From sequence record SRR31156797_4857: a stretch of DNA of 64,000 nucleotides; one strand, written 5' to 3'. Every line of letters starts with the position of its first letter. The first letter of the stretch is position 1. A model generated the notes under the pieces. It was not told where the DNA came from. It saw only the letters and a program-made list of their open reading frames with translations, and did no database searches. Below, piece by piece: positions 27,227 through 37,504 of this stretch. A program made the position numbers and the translations under genes.

Positions 27227-28696
27227 TCAGGCCTTGGTGTTAATAACCCCAGTACTGTCCGCAGTGATCTTCTGGATCAGTGCCCTTACCGGATCATCTA
27301 CTCCGGCAAAGAACTGGGCTGAACCCAAATCAACTGTTGTCAGCCATTGAGCAAGCTCTTCTTTATTTTCGTGCATAAATATCATTTTTTCCCTGTCTTC
27401 AGCAAAAAAACGCAGATTGAGCTGTTCCTGAGTTTGCTGCATTTCTATCCGTAAGCTCCCCAGCCCTTCCAGCTGCAGATGTAGGGTATATACTGACGCA
27501 CTCTCCTTGGACTTCTCACCTTTTCCATCATCTTGCTCAGGTTGTTTGTCAACCAGAAGGTATCCGTGATCAAGAAAAGGGAGTGGTAGAGGGAGAAAGA
27601 AAAGGAATTCACTGGCCAGGCGCAGCTGCAGCATCTGGTAAAGCTCAAGTGTTTGTAAAATTTGTCCTGTTTGTTCACCGGAGGAAATGTTGCTTCCTGT
27701 CAGTTGTTGGTTGAGTTCAAGCAGTGCAAATTTTAAGGTTTGAGCAGCTTCTTGGCCCCTGTTTTGAGCAAATAGCTGCTCCATATTCAGGCCCAATCGC
27801 TCTACCATTTGTTGCAGTTGCTGGCCTTCAGGTGGCGCTGTGGAGGATTGAGTAGTTGAAGGCAGGGAAAGAGCAAGGGATAGAATGGCGTGCAGGTCTC
27901 TCGTTGGCAAGAGGGATTGGTTGTTGAATAGAGAAACGAGTTGGCCAGCGAGTTGTAGTGTTTGCTGGGGTGTCTGCAAGGCGGAGCTTATGGTTTGTTT
28001 AAGCAGAGATATGGGGATCCCTTGCTCATTGCCGGATACAGCAAGAGCAAGCGGCGTTGATCCCGAGAGCTTGTCCAGCAATTGTCCTGTTTGGCTTGCA
28101 GTTATTGTTCCCTCTGGCACCGTAGACTGAATTCTTTGCAGCAGTCCTTCCAGGTGAAGCGCTGCTGCCTGCGGTGTGATAGGCGGATTGGCCTGTAGAG
28201 ATTTGATTACTATGCTGAGTAAGGCGTTACCTGATGCTGTAGTAGACTGTTGTAACGAAGGGTTGAGCTGTACTGCAGATTGGGAGAAAAAGGAAAGAGT
28301 CTGTTTGGCTGTTTCGCTGAGCCCTGCCGTGTTACCGTCTTTGCTGAGTTGTGCAAGGTTTTGCAGCAGTGTTTTTTGAGTATCCAGCGCATGGAGAGCG
28401 GCACCTATTTGCCTGGGAAGAGGATCGTTTACAACCTGGAGCTCAACCTGCGGGGAAACTGCTGTAACGTGGAGGTCGAGCTTTTGTCCTATCTGCAGAA
28501 GAGCTGTAGACTCAGCTTGGAGCTGTTTCCCGCCTATATTTAAGAGGTAGCTGTTGTTATCGGGTTTACCGGTAATGGTGCCCTGAAGTACTTGTCCCTG
28601 GGTAAAAGGAAGAGGTTTACTTCCCTGTCTGCTGTCTTGTTGGCGGTACAGTTGCTGGATATTGAGAATTGAGGCGGGAATAACCGGGAAATCCAT
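27227..28696 (-). CDS. FliK-like hook-length-control-domain protein (second copy)
   Basis: Gln/Leu/Ser-rich body; C-terminal LQLEGLGSLRIEM..LNLRF domain; paired with the FlhB-C-like gene; ATG 28696 follows an AGAGG SD. Confidence 0.7.
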   Translation of the reverse strand: MDFPVIPASILNIQQLYRQQDSRQGSKPLPFTQGQVLQGTITGKPDNNSYLLNIGGKQLQAESTALLQIGQKLDLHVTAVSPQVELQVVNDPLPRQIGAALHALDTQKTLLQNLAQLSKDGNTAGLSETAKQTLSFFSQSAVQLNPSLQQSTTASGNALLSIVIKSLQANPPITPQAAALHLEGLLQRIQSTVPEGTITASQTGQLLDKLSGSTPLALAVSGNEQGIPISLLKQTISSALQTPQQTLQLAGQLVSLFNNQSLLPTRDLHAILSLALSLPSTTQSSTAPPEGQQLQQMVERLGLNMEQLFAQNRGQEAAQTLKFALLELNQQLTGSNISSGEQTGQILQTLELYQMLQLRLASEFLFFLPLPLPFLDHGYLLVDKQPEQDDGKGEKSKESASVYTLHLQLEGLGSLRIEMQQTQEQLNLRFFAEDREKMIFMHENKEELAQWLTTVDLGSAQFFAGVDDPVRALIQKITADSTGVINTKA

Positions 28697-28765
28697 GGTA
28701 TGCCTCTTCTGACTCATCCCAAGGCAAAAGACTTGGTAATTGACTGAAAAGTTAGTGTACAGCTC

Positions 28766-28888
28766 GTAACTGTTTAACTGGGCCCATTGTTTAACGAAAA
28801 TACTCAGTCTCTGAACCACAGACAGTGGCAAAGTAATTGTTTAGCTGTACCTCTGGCTTGTTTAAACGGTTAAGGCAGTTAAAGTTAC
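28766..28888. repeat. Possible related MITE-like element (123 bp)
   Basis: Terminal inverted repeats GTAACTGTTTAACTG ... CAGTTAAAGTTAC; interior does not obviously match the other copies. Confidence 0.5.
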
Positions 28889-28968
28889 GCTATACCCGTT
28901 TTGGGCTGACCCGACGGAAAGGTAAACGTAGCCTCCGTGGGTCTGGTGAACAACTATTTCTGTTACTG

Positions 28969-29643
28969 CTATTCTACTTCAATATTTTCTCTGAGTTGGC
29001 GTCGTTGTTCCTGAAGACAGCAGGAGATGATTTGGTCGCGAACATCATTGGTTATATTTTCGAAATGAAGCGCAACCTGGTAGCGATTTTTCCTCATCCT
29101 GTATGTGCGGACAACATGACCAAAGCAAGAAATAATGTTTTGGCTGGCCGTGTCAGTTATTTTTATGTCAATTCTGTTGTTTGCTTCCGGCTTTTCGGCA
29201 AATAAACCAAGCACTCCACAGCCACTAAGGTCCACCGTTGTTCCCACCATACTCCACTTTTTTAATTTAACTTCTTTGGAGCCTGGAACATATCCTATCT
29301 CGATGGGAGTATTGATGGAAACTCGAAAATATTCTCTCAATGCTTCTGGCTTGATGGGCTCGCGGGCAATAAAGCCCAAGCGTCGATCATTGATGACGGT
29401 GTCAAGTTCTGCGATGATGTTGACATTTGCGCCTTTATGCTTGACTGTTAACTGGCAATTTATCCCAAGTAACAGCTCATCACTGGTCCACGCCTTTGGG
29501 GGGAAAAATAGCTCGAAGTAGGGTGCCTCGGCTTTTGAGAAAATTGCATTGAGCCGATTTTCTTCGTTGTTTTCAATAGGCAGGTCTACAAGAGTTTCTG
29601 ATCCATCCTGCAACTGCTCTATGATTTCTTCTATTTTAGCCAC
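28969..29643 (-). CDS. PilZ-domain protein (flagellar brake-like)
   Basis: REYFR (RxxxR) and DLSGCG (DxSxxG) c-di-GMP motifs. Confidence 0.9.
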   Translation of the reverse strand: MAKIEEIIEQLQDGSETLVDLPIENNEENRLNAIFSKAEAPYFELFFPPKAWTSDELLLGINCQLTVKHKGANVNIIAELDTVINDRRLGFIAREPIKPEALREYFRVSINTPIEIGYVPGSKEVKLKKWSMVGTTVDLSGCGVLGLFAEKPEANNRIDIKITDTASQNIISCFGHVVRTYRMRKNRYQVALHFENITNDVRDQIISCCLQEQRRQLRENIEVE

Positions 29644-29790
29644 ACCGTTTTCTTCAGTTGTATTTTAAAGAAGTTGTAACTCACCTTTAACTCATTATAT
29701 TTAGTAAGTTATAGCAGGTTTTACGCTCATTTCAATGGGGAAAATAGAAATGTCGCAGCTCACCAGGGTGGTACTCCCTTTCACTAGCGC

Positions 29791-30480
29791 CTACAAAGGG
29801 TTTTTTATTTGGACTTTCATGCGAAGGTGTTTGCGCTGCAATTCAAAACAGCTTGCCATTATTTTATCTCTATCTTCACTGGTGAGTCTATCGAAATGAA
29901 ACCCGACGTGGTACATTGAATTTTCTATTTTTTTGCAGCGTACTACATGAGCTATGCCTTGCACAACATCCATGAGTCCTGTGGGTAGGGTCAGGTTTAT
30001 GCGTACCTTTTTTCCTTTTTCAAGCGGTTGTGAAAATATACATAAGGCACCGCTGCCGCTTAAATCAACTGTTTCGCCTTCAAGGTGCCACGTGTCTTTT
30101 TCGGCATCCTTTTTGAGTGAGTTGACAGACGTGGCCATGATTGGCGTATTGGCATCAACCCGAAAGTAGTTACGAGCCTGTTCGTGGCTTATAACCTGTA
30201 CAGCTTTAAGTTGAAGGGTTTGATCATCTTCTATTTCCTTAATTTTTGCTGTAACGGATATCGCTTGCCCACCAAGGTCAACTGTGACAACACAGGAGTT
30301 TGTGTTATCCACTCCGGCAGGTAGTGTACCTTCTGGAAAAAAAAGAAAAAAAGATGGTGGTGTTCCTGCACCGTAGATGCACTGAACTCGTTCACTTTGC
30401 TCACTGCCCGACAGGGGAAGTGTGACCCGAACCGCTTTCTGATCTTTTACCTGCGAAAAAAAATCCTCTAATTGCTGCAA
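29791..30480 (-). CDS. PilZ-domain protein (flagellar brake-like), paralog
   Basis: RNYFR and DLSGSG motifs; TTG start at 30480 after a GAGG SD. Confidence 0.9.
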   Translation of the reverse strand: MQQLEDFFSQVKDQKAVRVTLPLSGSEQSERVQCIYGAGTPPSFFLFFPEGTLPAGVDNTNSCVVTVDLGGQAISVTAKIKEIEDDQTLQLKAVQVISHEQARNYFRVDANTPIMATSVNSLKKDAEKDTWHLEGETVDLSGSGALCIFSQPLEKGKKVRINLTLPTGLMDVVQGIAHVVRCKKIENSMYHVGFHFDRLTSEDRDKIMASCFELQRKHLRMKVQIKNPL

Positions 30481-30502
30481 CCGTAACCTCAAATAGCGAT
30501 GA

Positions 30503-30530
30503 TTATCGTCAAAAGCTTAATTTGTCTTTA
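30503..30530 (-). promoter_or_regulatory. Sigma-28 promoter of the PilZ gene(s)
   Basis: TAAA-N16-GACGATAA on the minus strand. Confidence 0.75.
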
Positions 30531-30635
30531 GATTGCCACAGGATGCAGGAGAAGCAAAGCAATTTTTTGTGTCACCATGAGTACAGGGCAATAGGTGTTA
30601 TCACTTCAGGTAGTTGAAAGGAAGTACCTTGTGGC

Positions 30636-31025
30636 TCATCCCGCGTTGGAGACCAGTTGTCCGGTCTGTCTGGTATGGGAATGGTAATGGCGCATCATGC
30701 TGCTGCCTTGATTGAGTTTGTTTAATTCATTTTTCTGTACGGCCATTATCCCCTGTATGTGGGGAGTAAGGCGATGATTCTTATCCTGAATTTCCTGCAT
30801 CAAATCAAGTAGGTCGAGGATTCGGGTACTGCGCGTTGGATCGCTAACATCATTAAGGAGGGTTAGTATTTCCCGGTCCAGTTCTTTCGCCTCATTTTGA
30901 CTGTCCGTCATCTGCTGGTATTTGTCCAGCATTCTTTCTACGTCCTGGCCAGGTAGAAGCTGTTCGATTTCTGCCATGAGAGCAAGAATATTACGGTATG
31001 TTGCCAACGCTTTTTCTATTATCAT
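30636..31025 (-). CDS. FliT/FlgN-like small helical flagellar chaperone
   Basis: All-helical 129-aa protein immediately after fliS; called mostly from position. Confidence 0.55.
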   Translation of the reverse strand: MIIEKALATYRNILALMAEIEQLLPGQDVERMLDKYQQMTDSQNEAKELDREILTLLNDVSDPTRSTRILDLLDLMQEIQDKNHRLTPHIQGIMAVQKNELNKLNQGSSMMRHYHSHTRQTGQLVSNAG

Positions 31026-31033
31026 GTCTTATC

Positions 31034-31492
31034 CTACATTGCAGCTGCAAAGGTTTTTCTGGATGCCGGCGGTACGTCAGAGCCAACAGCAGCATACCCA
31101 TTTTTTATTGCTTTATTCTCCTGCTTGTTGATTTCTATTGCCTGAGCCCAGGTTCCACGCAGATCACTAAGCAGGGTTTTTACTTCTTCAAGCGGTTGGG
31201 TGTCATTTTTGACGGTGGCATCCTGCATTCTGCCCAGCATATAACTATAGAGTGCGTCAAGATTTTCGGCGAGGCCCGCGTCCTGTGAATGATCAAGGGT
31301 TGCGGCAAATTCAGAAATGATTGCCGAAGCCTTGTTGGTAAAGTGGGCACGCTTTTCGATATCGTTGTTCTCAATGGCCAGGATTGCTTGAGCAAGAAAG
31401 CGAATGGCACCGTCATAGAGCATGAGCATCAGCTGTTCAGGCGAGGCCGAGTTGACTGTATTGACCAGATATTGGTTGGTATAACCGTTCAT
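31034..31492 (-). CDS. fliS: Flagellin export chaperone FliS
   Basis: SASPEQLMLMLYDGAIRFL, NLDALYSYM, LRGTW. Confidence 0.96.
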   Translation of the reverse strand: MNGYTNQYLVNTVNSASPEQLMLMLYDGAIRFLAQAILAIENNDIEKRAHFTNKASAIISEFAATLDHSQDAGLAENLDALYSYMLGRMQDATVKNDTQPLEEVKTLLSDLRGTWAQAIEINKQENKAIKNGYAAVGSDVPPASRKTFAAAM

Positions 31493-32889
31493 TAGTTACT
31501 GCTCCCGTTTGTTATACTAGCTATACTTGCCATTTGTTGGGTGAGATAGGAAGATTGGGTATTAAGACCGCTGACCAGTGTTTCCATTGCATAAAATTGT
31601 GCTTCCAGGGTTGCCTGGCGTTGTTCTAGCCGCATTTCCATAATTTCTATCCTGCCGTCGATGCGGTCGATACTGCTGTTGATACTCTCCTTCCTACCCT
31701 GGAGCATGCCGGTGGTGGAGCTGGTCATGGATTCCAGATAATCGGTAAACTGCGTTGCAAGCCCACCATCATCATCTTCCCCGGAGAGCAGGGAAACAAC
31801 GCTGTCTAAATTTTCGTTTACCGCCTGTGACAGAATCTCATCATTGACACTCAAGGTTCCGTCTTGTTGGGTTTCGAAACCCAGTTGCGACATGCTGGTC
31901 AATGTGCCCGAATTTGCAAAAGGTGTTGTGAGCATGGACTGCAGATGTCTTTTGATGGAGTTAACACCGGAATCCCCACTGAGCAGGCCGCCTCCTTCTC
32001 CGTTAATCACTGATTGGCCGGTTATGAAACTGATAACTTCGTTATACCCCTTAGCAAAGGATTGGATGTTTTCTTTTATGGCACTTTTATTTAGATTTAT
32101 GGAAAGTTGAGTAGTCGTGTCTGTTTCAGCCTTAAGCAGGTCAAGAGTTACGCCGGGTATAGCTTCTGTTATTGTGTTGGAATCGGAGTAGATGTCAATG
32201 GTATCTACTTTTATATGTGCTTGAGCGGATTGGGTTATCGGTGGATTAGTAGTGCCGGTTTCATCTTCTATGGCCCCCAGAGTATCGCTGCCGCCGGACA
32301 GACCGGTGGAATCAACGGAAAAGGATTTGCCGACGCTGTCACCACTTAAAAGAAGTCGATAAGGGGTAGTTGAATCCCCACCGACATTGATGATGCCGGT
32401 GGAAATTCCTACATCAGCATCATTGATGGCTTCCATGATACCTTCAAGCGAATTGTTTTCTGAGGTGATCTCGATTGCATGGCTGGTGCCGTCAACGGTT
32501 ATACTTAATGTGCCTGTACCGAAGGTGTTGCTGTCTTTGGCCGCAAATCCGCCTGCAGTAACGGATTTTTGAGCCTGGGCAAGACTGACTACTTCCACTG
32601 CATAATTGGTTCCAGCCAGCGCTTCGCTGGAAACAGATGCCGTTAAGTGCTCTTCTCCACTCTGTTGTATACTTCTTTGCTGGAGGGTATCTTCATCCCC
32701 CAGTTTTTCAATGGAGCTCAGAAAGGATGTAAGCTTGGTGTCGAGTTCGGTAAAGGCAGAGAGCCTGTTGTTCATCCAGGTTTTATCAGTTTCCAACCGT
32801 GAGACAGGAAGGCGTTCGATATTCATCAACTGGGTGACGATGGAGCCTGTGTCCATCCCTGAGGCGAGTCCGCTGAATTGAATAGCCAT
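31492..32889 (-). CDS. fliD: Flagellar filament cap FliD
   Basis: SGLASGMDTGSIV, SNTITEAIPGVTLDL, QFYAMET C-terminus. Confidence 0.96.
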   Translation of the reverse strand: MAIQFSGLASGMDTGSIVTQLMNIERLPVSRLETDKTWMNNRLSAFTELDTKLTSFLSSIEKLGDEDTLQQRSIQQSGEEHLTASVSSEALAGTNYAVEVVSLAQAQKSVTAGGFAAKDSNTFGTGTLSITVDGTSHAIEITSENNSLEGIMEAINDADVGISTGIINVGGDSTTPYRLLLSGDSVGKSFSVDSTGLSGGSDTLGAIEDETGTTNPPITQSAQAHIKVDTIDIYSDSNTITEAIPGVTLDLLKAETDTTTQLSINLNKSAIKENIQSFAKGYNEVISFITGQSVINGEGGGLLSGDSGVNSIKRHLQSMLTTPFANSGTLTSMSQLGFETQQDGTLSVNDEILSQAVNENLDSVVSLLSGEDDDGGLATQFTDYLESMTSSTTGMLQGRKESINSSIDRIDGRIEIMEMRLEQRQATLEAQFYAMETLVSGLNTQSSYLTQQMASIASITNGSSN

Positions 32890-32909
32890 GATGCTGCTCC
32901 GTGCAATAA

Positions 32910-33254
32910 CTAGCTGACAGTGTTAACGAGATTGCCGCTCAGTTCCTGCAAGTGTTTGTTGAGATTTAACAGTTCTTCCGCTGGGATCTGTCTAATAATC
33001 TCATCGGTATCATTATCAACAATCTTTACTACTAGTTGGTTGACATTGTCATCTTGTTCAAAGCGAACACTGTATACACCATCTTCGGTGAGGGCATTGA
33101 TCTGGTTGAGGAGTTCTTCTGGCTGAATCTGGGAATCCTTACTTTCAACCTGAGGTTGCTCCTCTTTTTTTTCGCGTTGCTGGTCTACTTCTTGGGCGGG
33201 TTCGTTTACCCGAGGTGGTGAGGCGGTTGCTGGGCCGACTGTTTCGATCATCAT
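32910..33254 (-). CDS. flaG: FlaG protein
   Basis: VVKIVDNDTDEIIRQIPAEELL; lies between flagellin and fliD. Confidence 0.93.
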   Translation of the reverse strand: MMIETVGPATASPPRVNEPAQEVDQQREKKEEQPQVESKDSQIQPEELLNQINALTEDGVYSVRFEQDDNVNQLVVKIVDNDTDEIIRQIPAEELLNLNKHLQELSGNLVNTVS

Positions 33255-33288
33255 GATATGTACCTCCGTATCTGTATACTATCACATG

Positions 33289-33317
33289 CAGAAGGAACCC
33301 AATAAGGGTTCCTTCTG
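33289..33317 (-). terminator. Stem-loop after flagellin (no U-tract; mRNA stabiliser or leaky terminator)
   Basis: CAGAAGGAACCC-AATAA-GGGTTCCTTCTG, 12-bp perfect stem. Confidence 0.7.
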
Positions 33318-33328
33318 AAAAGACGTCA

Positions 33329-34861
33329 TTAACCGAGCAGGCTCAGGGCCAATTGCGGCGCCTGGTTGGCCTGGGCAAGGATGGATACACCAGCCTGCTG
33401 CAGAACGTTCTGCTTGGTCATGTTGGAGGTTTCCTGGGCAATGTCTGCATCCAGGATTCGAGAGCGTGCTGCAGAAACGTTTTCTGAAATGTTCTGCAGG
33501 TTGGCAATGGTGGATTCAAAACGATTCATCACCGCACCAAGGTTGGCACGTTCGTCATCGATAAAGCTTATGGCACCGTCGATAACAGCCAGAGCATCTT
33601 CTGCACCTGCCTGGGTACCAATATCGATGGAGGAAACGTTTTCAAGGCTTGAACCGTTTACCTGAGCGGTAAAAAGACCGTTATCTGCACTTGCTCCCTG
33701 GGCAGAGTTAACAGTAAAGGACTTGGCTGAATCAAAAGTTAAGGAGCCACCAACGCGTGCTGAGTCAGCACCGGTTGCATCACCGTCTAAGACAACTTCG
33801 GCACCTTTTTCCGCGCCACTTGCATCAAGACCAGTTACACTGATATTAGCGTCAGTTCCTCCTGTTTCTGTCCAGTTGGAGATCGCGATATCATAGCCTT
33901 CCTTATTGGTCAAAACGACTGCGCCGTCATTGTCGAGCTCAGCAGTGATACCGGTAACAGAGGCTTTTTCGTTAATAGCATCACGCAAACCGGAAAGATC
34001 AGATGCATTGGCAATATTTACGGAAAAGCTTTCAGAATCTGCTCCTGCAGTATTTTGACCGTTAAGGTCAAAAGTAAAAATTCCGCTTCCGGTTAAGGTA
34101 TCTAATTTAACCTGGGTAACAGCATCAGCGGTAACACCCGTTGATGAAGAAACATTGTTGACTTGTTCCGCTACAGTGCGTGCAGAGCTATTAGCAGCAA
34201 CATCTACGGTTTCGGTTCCAAGAGAACCTGTAAGGGTAAGGTCCTCACCTGCAACTACGGAACTGGTTGTGGCTGCAAAAGTATCTGCAGCAGTTCCCGC
34301 TGCGGTACCCCAAGCTTCGTTGAGTCGACCGGTAAGTTCAACCTGATTGCTTCCCATTTTGGATGCTCGTGCATCACCAACAGAAAAGCTAATGGTTTCC
34401 CCTTTGTTTGCACCAACCTGAAATGATTGTGAAGCAAAAGAGCCGTCAAGTACATTCTTACCGTTAAAAGAGGTGGTGTTTGCGATACGATCAAGTTCCT
34501 GCTGCAGCTGACCTACTTCCTTCTGTAGAGAAGCACGGTCTGATGCAGTGTTGGAATCGTTGGCAGACTGCACTGACAATTCACGCATGCGCTGCAGGAT
34601 GTTGGTACTTTCCTGCATTGCACCTTCAGCCGTCTGTGCAAGTGAAATACCATCGTTGGCATTTCGAACAGCCTGGTTAAGGCCGCGAATTTGAGAAGTC
34701 ATCCGGTCAGAAATAGCTAGGCCGGCTGCATCGTCCTTGGCGGAGTTGATCCGAAGACCAGATGAGAGACGCTCCATGGACGTGTTAAGATTATTCTGGG
34801 TTGCTCCCAGATTACGTTGAGCAGTGAGAGAAGCTACGTTTGTGTTAATTGAAATTGCCAT
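33329..34861 (-). CDS. fliC: Flagellin (510 aa)
   Basis: [30 protein letters not shown]-terminal [25 protein letters not shown]. Confidence 0.98.
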   Translation of the reverse strand: MAISINTNVASLTAQRNLGATQNNLNTSMERLSSGLRINSAKDDAAGLAISDRMTSQIRGLNQAVRNANDGISLAQTAEGAMQESTNILQRMRELSVQSANDSNTASDRASLQKEVGQLQQELDRIANTTSFNGKNVLDGSFASQSFQVGANKGETISFSVGDARASKMGSNQVELTGRLNEAWGTAAGTAADTFAATTSSVVAGEDLTLTGSLGTETVDVAANSSARTVAEQVNNVSSSTGVTADAVTQVKLDTLTGSGIFTFDLNGQNTAGADSESFSVNIANASDLSGLRDAINEKASVTGITAELDNDGAVVLTNKEGYDIAISNWTETGGTDANISVTGLDASGAEKGAEVVLDGDATGADSARVGGSLTFDSAKSFTVNSAQGASADNGLFTAQVNGSSLENVSSIDIGTQAGAEDALAVIDGAISFIDDERANLGAVMNRFESTIANLQNISENVSAARSRILDADIAQETSNMTKQNVLQQAGVSILAQANQAPQLALSLLG

Positions 34862-34862
34862 G

Positions 34863-35031
34863 ATATTCCTCCGTGAATATGTTTAGGCTTAATAACTACA
34901 TTTATTGGCATCCTTGCCGGTTATTATGGTGTTAAAAGTTTTTCTGGTTCCGCTGTTTAGCGCCTCCTGCTATTTTTAATATTGCATATGTAGTGTTTAG
35001 ATTTTGTCCGTTTTGGGGAAATCCTTTTCCC
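34863..35031 (-). promoter_or_regulatory. Flagellin 5' leader with several CsrA-type GGA hairpins
   Basis: mRNA-sense GGGAA-AAGGAT-TTCCC (35016-35031), GGCA-AGGA-TGCC (34907-34918) and ATATTC-ACGGAG-GAATAT over the SD (34863-34880). Confidence 0.75.
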
Positions 35032-35040
35032 TTAATAGCT

Positions 35041-35068
35041 TTATCGATCAGCCATTAGAAAAACTTTA
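35041..35068 (-). promoter_or_regulatory. Sigma-28 promoter of flagellin 33329-34861
   Basis: CTAAAG.. TAAA-N16-ATCGATAA. Confidence 0.75.
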
Positions 35069-35313
35069 GCTTTTATTTTAAAAATTCATTGCCAGGAGCC
35101 AAGAATAACTTCTGGACGATTGCCTATGAGCTGTATCCTTTTGATATGCTCTTCTTTTTCTGCATTAGGGGCATTGGTGATTTTTTTATTGTTTAAAATC
35201 ATAAAAGGATACTGTGCCCTGGATTGAGATTCATTTTTTTTTGGTTCGTGTAAAGCGGATGCAAATTGCTGATAGCGAAAAGTAACGAGTTTCATTGCTG
35301 TACCTGGATATGT

Positions 35314-35347
35314 AAAACACTCCGGAATTAAATAAATTCCGGAGTGT
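35314..35347 (-). terminator. Intrinsic terminator after the second flagellin
   Basis: ACACTCCGGAATT/AATTCCGGAGTGT 13-bp stem with a short U-tract on the minus strand. Confidence 0.8.
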
Positions 35348-35364
35348 AGGGAAGAGTATATCAA

Positions 35365-36858
35365 TTAACCTTGGAGCAATTGGAGAGCCAATTGTGGTGT
35401 TTGATTGGCCTGGGTAAGAATGGATACTCCCGCCTGCTGGAGTATATTGGCCTTGGTCATTTCCGAGGTTTCCTGAGCAATATCAGCATCGCGGATCCGT
35501 GAGCGGGCTGCGGTCAGATTTTCAGATACATTTTTAAGGTTGGAAATGGTGGATTCAAATCGGTTTTGAATGGCACCCAGATCAGCACGTTGGCTGTCAA
35601 TTTTGTTCAGAGCTGCATCAACTATATTAAGAGCATCATTTGCACCCAAAACATTACTGATGTCGATGGCAGTAACTTCCTCAAAGGCTGATATAACGTT
35701 GGCGTTTGCTGCCGCATCCGTAATACTACCCCCGGTTGCGGGGTCAGCGTTAGAGGCAATTGTGTATGAATCTTGAGACGAAAACTCAACCACTCCTGCT
35801 ACCCTTGTTGAATTATTACCTCCGGTAGTAAGTGGCTCCACTTGACCGTCTGCACCTATAACATCTATGGTAGTTGCAGCAGTAGAATGGGTAAAATCAC
35901 CGAGTACAATATCCTTCCCTTCTGCCTGCACGAGAGTAAGTTCCCCACCATCGATCGTTGCTGTCACTCCTGTTGTCCCGCTCTGATCGTTAATTACCGT
36001 TGCTAGTTCAGAGAGATCTGTTGTGAGAACAGATGCATTGACAGTTGAGGTATTCCCACCTGACCCAATAGTAAGAGTAACAACTCCATCATTATCTAAA
36101 CCGGAAAGTTTTACTTCAGTTCTAGCGGTGGCTGTAACCCCTGTACTGTCAGCTGAGTTGGTTACTTGAGTGGCAATATCCCAGGCAGTTGATGCTGCTG
36201 GAATAGTGAGTGTTGTCGGTCCCTTGGATCCGGTGATAGTTATATCTTGCCCACCAATGGTGTTAGCTGTGGGAGCCGTAGCCTGTGCTTGTACTGAAGA
36301 GCCTGTTCCCTGACGAGCAGTTGTATTATTAGCATCTACAAAATACCTGCCAAGATCATCAGCCGCCATTGATTTAATAGAGAAACCAATGGTCTCATTA
36401 GCGTTGGGACCGACTTGGAATTGTTGTGAAACAAAGGTGCCGTCTAAGACTTTTAATCCGTTGAACGTCGTAGACTGGGCTATCCTGTTCATTTCCGTTT
36501 TGAGCTGGTTTACTTCAGCCTGTAGGGCTGATCGATCTGCAGCCGAGTTAGTGGCGTTAGCAGCCTGAACAGAAAGTTCACGAATTCGCTGCAGGATATT
36601 TGTTGATTCCTGCATGGCGCCTTCTGCGGTTTGCGCAAGGGAAATACCGTCATTGGCGTTACGTGCAGCCTGATTAAGGCCACGAATTTGAGCCGTCATT
36701 CGGTCAGATATCGCAAGACCGGCAGCGTCGTCTTTGGCGGAATTAATACGGAGGCCCGAAGAAAGCCTCTGCATAGAGGTGTTCAGGTCGAGTTGGGAAT
36801 TAGCAAGATTACGTTGTGCATTTAAAGAGCCAACGTTCGTATTGATCGTTAAAGCCAT
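35365..36858 (-). CDS. fliC: Flagellin paralog (497 aa)
   Basis: Conserved flagellin N- and C-termini; central domain diverges from the other copy. Confidence 0.98.
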   Translation of the reverse strand: MALTINTNVGSLNAQRNLANSQLDLNTSMQRLSSGLRINSAKDDAAGLAISDRMTAQIRGLNQAARNANDGISLAQTAEGAMQESTNILQRIRELSVQAANATNSAADRSALQAEVNQLKTEMNRIAQSTTFNGLKVLDGTFVSQQFQVGPNANETIGFSIKSMAADDLGRYFVDANNTTARQGTGSSVQAQATAPTANTIGGQDITITGSKGPTTLTIPAASTAWDIATQVTNSADSTGVTATARTEVKLSGLDNDGVVTLTIGSGGNTSTVNASVLTTDLSELATVINDQSGTTGVTATIDGGELTLVQAEGKDIVLGDFTHSTAATTIDVIGADGQVEPLTTGGNNSTRVAGVVEFSSQDSYTIASNADPATGGSITDAAANANVISAFEEVTAIDISNVLGANDALNIVDAALNKIDSQRADLGAIQNRFESTISNLKNVSENLTAARSRIRDADIAQETSEMTKANILQQAGVSILTQANQTPQLALQLLQG

Positions 36859-36967
36859 GGTTATCCTCCATGAATTTTCTTAGCCTCGGTCGTCCACTGA
36901 CTTTTCCTTCGGCTAACGATACAAACGTAACAACTCTCTCAGTGCATCAATGTCTCTCTCAATCTTC

Positions 36968-36995
36968 TCTTCGGTTTATGGGGAGGAACAGTTAA
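36968..36995 (-). promoter_or_regulatory. Sigma-28-like promoter of the second flagellin
   Basis: TTAA-N16-ACCGAAGA. Confidence 0.55.
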
Positions 36996-37007
36996 GTATT
37001 TTTTTGG

Positions 37008-37050
37008 AAAAAAACAAAAAAAGCCGCTATCTCAAAAGAGAAGGCGGCTT
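37008..37050 (-). terminator. Intrinsic terminator after csrA-fliW
   Basis: AAGCCGC..TCTC-AAAA-GAGA..GCGGCTT stem with a long U-tract on the minus strand. Confidence 0.8.
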
Positions 37051-37075
37051 GCATGTAACTGGAACACTCAATGTG

Positions 37076-37504
37076 TTATTTTTTTAGTTCCGGAAGTGGT
37101 GTTTGGGTGTCGTAGTGGCTGTCTTCCAGTACCACTTGCAGTGCAATGTTGGTGTCTGGGGAATAAATAATAGGGCCAGCCAGGTTAAGAGTGATTTTTT
37201 TATCTTGGTCCACGCTAACGATACTCAGGACAAAATATTTATCATCTTCGTTAATTTTTAATTTTTCTCGTTCCCCTTTGTCTGGTGCGATGGCGTAGTC
37301 GAGGAAAAAATTGGTTGGATCGGTAACCGGACAGGCAAATGCCGGATCATCAACACTTTGAATCCAGAAGAGCGGACCCTTTTTTTCATTGGGAATGACG
37401 AGGAAGTTCTTTAAATCCTTCAGTCCAATTAATCCCTCCGGAAAATGGATAACATTTGCAGGGTCAAATTCAATTTCTCCGAAGCGAGTCTTTATAGTTT
37501 TCAT
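37076..37504 (-). CDS. fliW: Flagellar assembly factor FliW (CsrA antagonist)
   Basis: TRFGEI..FPEGLIG, WIQSVDDP, TLNLAGPII; overlaps the csrA stop (ATGA). Confidence 0.95.
   Translation of the reverse strand: MKTIKTRFGEIEFDPANVIHFPEGLIGLKDLKNFLVIPNEKKGPLFWIQSVDDPAFACPVTDPTNFFLDYAIAPDKGEREKLKINEDDKYFVLSIVSVDQDKKITLNLAGPIIYSPDTNIALQVVLEDSHYDTQTPLPELKK

Noticed and set aside
28697-28831. N-terminal extension of the FliK-like ORF given in the ORF track
   Set aside because: It runs into the inverted-repeat element; a better SD and ATG lie at 28696. Similar over-extensions were trimmed for mglA, csrA, the SixA-like gene, flgH, fliQ, fliO, fliN and fliM.
35086-35364. 92-aa ORF between the two flagellins
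   Set aside because: It spans the terminator hairpin of the upstream flagellin, has no SD and is AT-rich spacer-like sequence.
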